The notes beneath the pieces are model-generated. The model had not been told where the DNA came from and ran no database searches. It saw only the letters and a program-made list of their open reading frames with translations. The translations under genes were made by a program, and so were the position numbers. From a virus, in IMG/VR virus record IMGVR_UViG_3300046543_000082, positions 1 through 64,000 of that record: DNA of 64,000 bases. One strand, 5' to 3'. Of this stretch, positions 62,514-64,000 are shown in pieces. Each line of letters starts with the position of its first letter. Positions within the stretch are counted from its first letter, which is position 1.

Positions 62514-62975
62514 TCACTGCTCCTTGAATTTGGTTGTCTTGCCGAGATCGATTCTGCTGATAGTCGTCTGATGAACGCCGAACTTATCCGCTACCTCTTG
62601 TTGACTAGCGCCGGCTTCCAACAAATCCAAGATTTCCGCGACTTGTGCCCGCGTAAACCGGCTTTTGGTGCCTCGCCTGCCCTTCGCATCCATATCTGCA
62701 ACGTTGTCGGCCAAGCTACCCAAAGCAAGATGCTCGGGGTTGACGCACAGCCGGTTGTCGCATCTATGCATGACGACCATCCCATTAGGAATGGTTCCCT
62801 TGAAAAACGCGTAAGAGGCGCGATGGGCGGTAAGTGTCCTGTGATTTTCATCCATGAACTTACCGTAGCCACCGCGAGCCAAACCCGCTTGCCACTCATG
62901 ACAACCAGATTCGACTTGCTTCACTTTGTCCAGAAATCGCTTAACAGGATCGACAGGGGGTCTACCGCCGGGCAT
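62514..62975 (-). CDS. HNH homing endonuclease with C-terminal HTH
   Basis: C.EW.....GYG...AHR.SY...VMHRCDNR.CVNP.HL..G....N..D. Confidence 0.92.
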   Translation of the reverse strand: MPGGRPPVDPVKRFLDKVKQVESGCHEWQAGLARGGYGKFMDENHRTLTAHRASYAFFKGTIPNGMVVMHRCDNRLCVNPEHLALGSLADNVADMDAKGRRGTKSRFTRAQVAEILDLLEAGASQQEVADKFGVHQTTISRIDLGKTTKFKEQ

Positions 62976-63035
62976 GGAAAACTCCTAAGGGTTAGTTAGG
63001 ATATTTTACCATTTATGCGAGTAAACCCCGCATAA

Positions 63036-64000
63036 TCACGCGATCAAAACTCCGCTGAACTGCGGACCACGGGACGTCAAGTTGCCGGCCCACCCGATCA
63101 ATTTGGTGACCGCATCCTGGTTGACTGCCTGACGCTCGCCACCGATCGGCACGAAGTTGCGGTCACGGTGCGGCCGGAACGAGATGTACTTCGTGTTGAG
63201 ACCCCACATGTGATTCGCCGTCGCGTTGGCGCCGATACCGCCATCAAGCACGACATCCGAAGCCATGCCGCCGCCGTAGAACTTGACAGCCGGGAAGCCA
63301 GCGCCTGCGAGCTTCGTGTTGCCGTCGCTCATGACGCGCTGCTGAGCAACCATCGATGCGATGTACATCGAGTAGTAGTTGTTATCAGCAACAAACAGGT
63401 CCATACGGTCACGACCGCGAACCGCCTTGAGAGCGAGCTGCGTCATGTAGTTCTGGATGTTCGCAGCAGAGACAGCAGCACCGCCGTTGGTCGTACCCGA
63501 GAACACCTGCGATTGCCAGAAGGCGAACGATGCGCGATTGATACCGCCATACGTGCCCGAGGTCGGCGCATCCGGAATAGCCGCAGCCAGACCGGTGATG
63601 TTCTTGCCGCTATTGCCCGTGCCATCGAGATAGATGTCGGCCGCAATACGGTTGATCAGTTGCGATTCGGCGATGTCCATACGCGAATCGAGCAGGTCGA
63701 TGATTGCCTCTTTCGACGAGTTCTGAAGCATTTCCAGACCCGAGATGGTCACAGCCGCCGCGTACTGCTGGATCGAGAACTGAGCCGCCGAAATCGGGCT
63801 GTTCGGCGCGATGTTCAGAACTTCGTAGCCCGAGTACGAGTTGACGTTGGTCGTCGTCGCGTCGGTGTACATGATTTCTTCCAAAATCACGTTACCGCCG
63901 CCGAACGGACGGACATTCCCACGCTCACGCAGAACCATGAGCAGGGCGTTGTTGTTTGTTACGTTGTCAGCGAGTTCGCCGCTACGAGATTGGATGGTCG
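63036..64000 (-). CDS. Major capsid protein (BPP-1-like), 5' end outside the window
   Basis: Frame open to edge: TIQSRSGELADNVTNNNALL...YSGYE.L...NQDA...IGWAGNLT. Confidence 0.88.
   Translation of the reverse strand, partial: TIQSRSGELADNVTNNNALLMVLRERGNVRPFGGGNVILEEIMYTDATTTNVNSYSGYEVLNIAPNSPISAAQFSIQQYAAAVTISGLEMLQNSSKEAIIDLLDSRMDIAESQLINRIAADIYLDGTGNSGKNITGLAAAIPDAPTSGTYGGINRASFAFWQSQVFSGTTNGGAAVSAANIQNYMTQLALKAVRGRDRMDLFVADNNYYSMYIASMVAQQRVMSDGNTKLAGAGFPAVKFYGGGMASDVVLDGGIGANATANHMWGLNTKYISFRPHRDRNFVPIGGERQAVNQDAVTKLIGWAGNLTSRGPQFSGVLIA

Larger units (their letters stand above)
40587..64000. mobile_element. Second temperate podovirus-like genome, unit B (partial; BPP-1/BcepC6B-like structural genes)
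   Basis: Second early operon, integrase, attP, lysis, tail and capsid. Confidence 0.85.

Overview
The whole window is temperate phage DNA of roughly 60% GC, probably from a Burkholderiales host (inferred from gene content). It reads as two related but different podovirus-like genomes joined head to tail. Unit A (1-40586) is a complete gene set: early-left operon, xis/int, attP, acyltransferase moron, lysis, tail/ejection, head, terminase, Q-like gene, replication, cro/cI. Unit B (40587 to beyond 64000) starts with an exact copy of the first 125 bp of the window, then has its own early operon, a different integrase, a tRNA-Leu-type attP, lysis, tail and a different capsid family. Both att sites are in attP (excised) configuration with unrelated cores, so this is a cointegrate or an assembly join, not one ordinary prophage. 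Most interesting leads: (1) a lambda-Int arm-binding domain fused to a GIY-YIG nuclease between int and attP; (2) a capsid-adjacent gene with two in-frame starts, where the long form would display a lectin plus glycosidase; (3) a put-like structured PL leader RNA; (4) conserved membrane microprotein genes and short repeats marking cassette-exchange boundaries; (5) an anti-Shine-Dalgarno sRNA from the late promoter; (6) a tailspike-like protein with a Sec signal peptide. All family calls come from motif recognition by eye; no searches were run.
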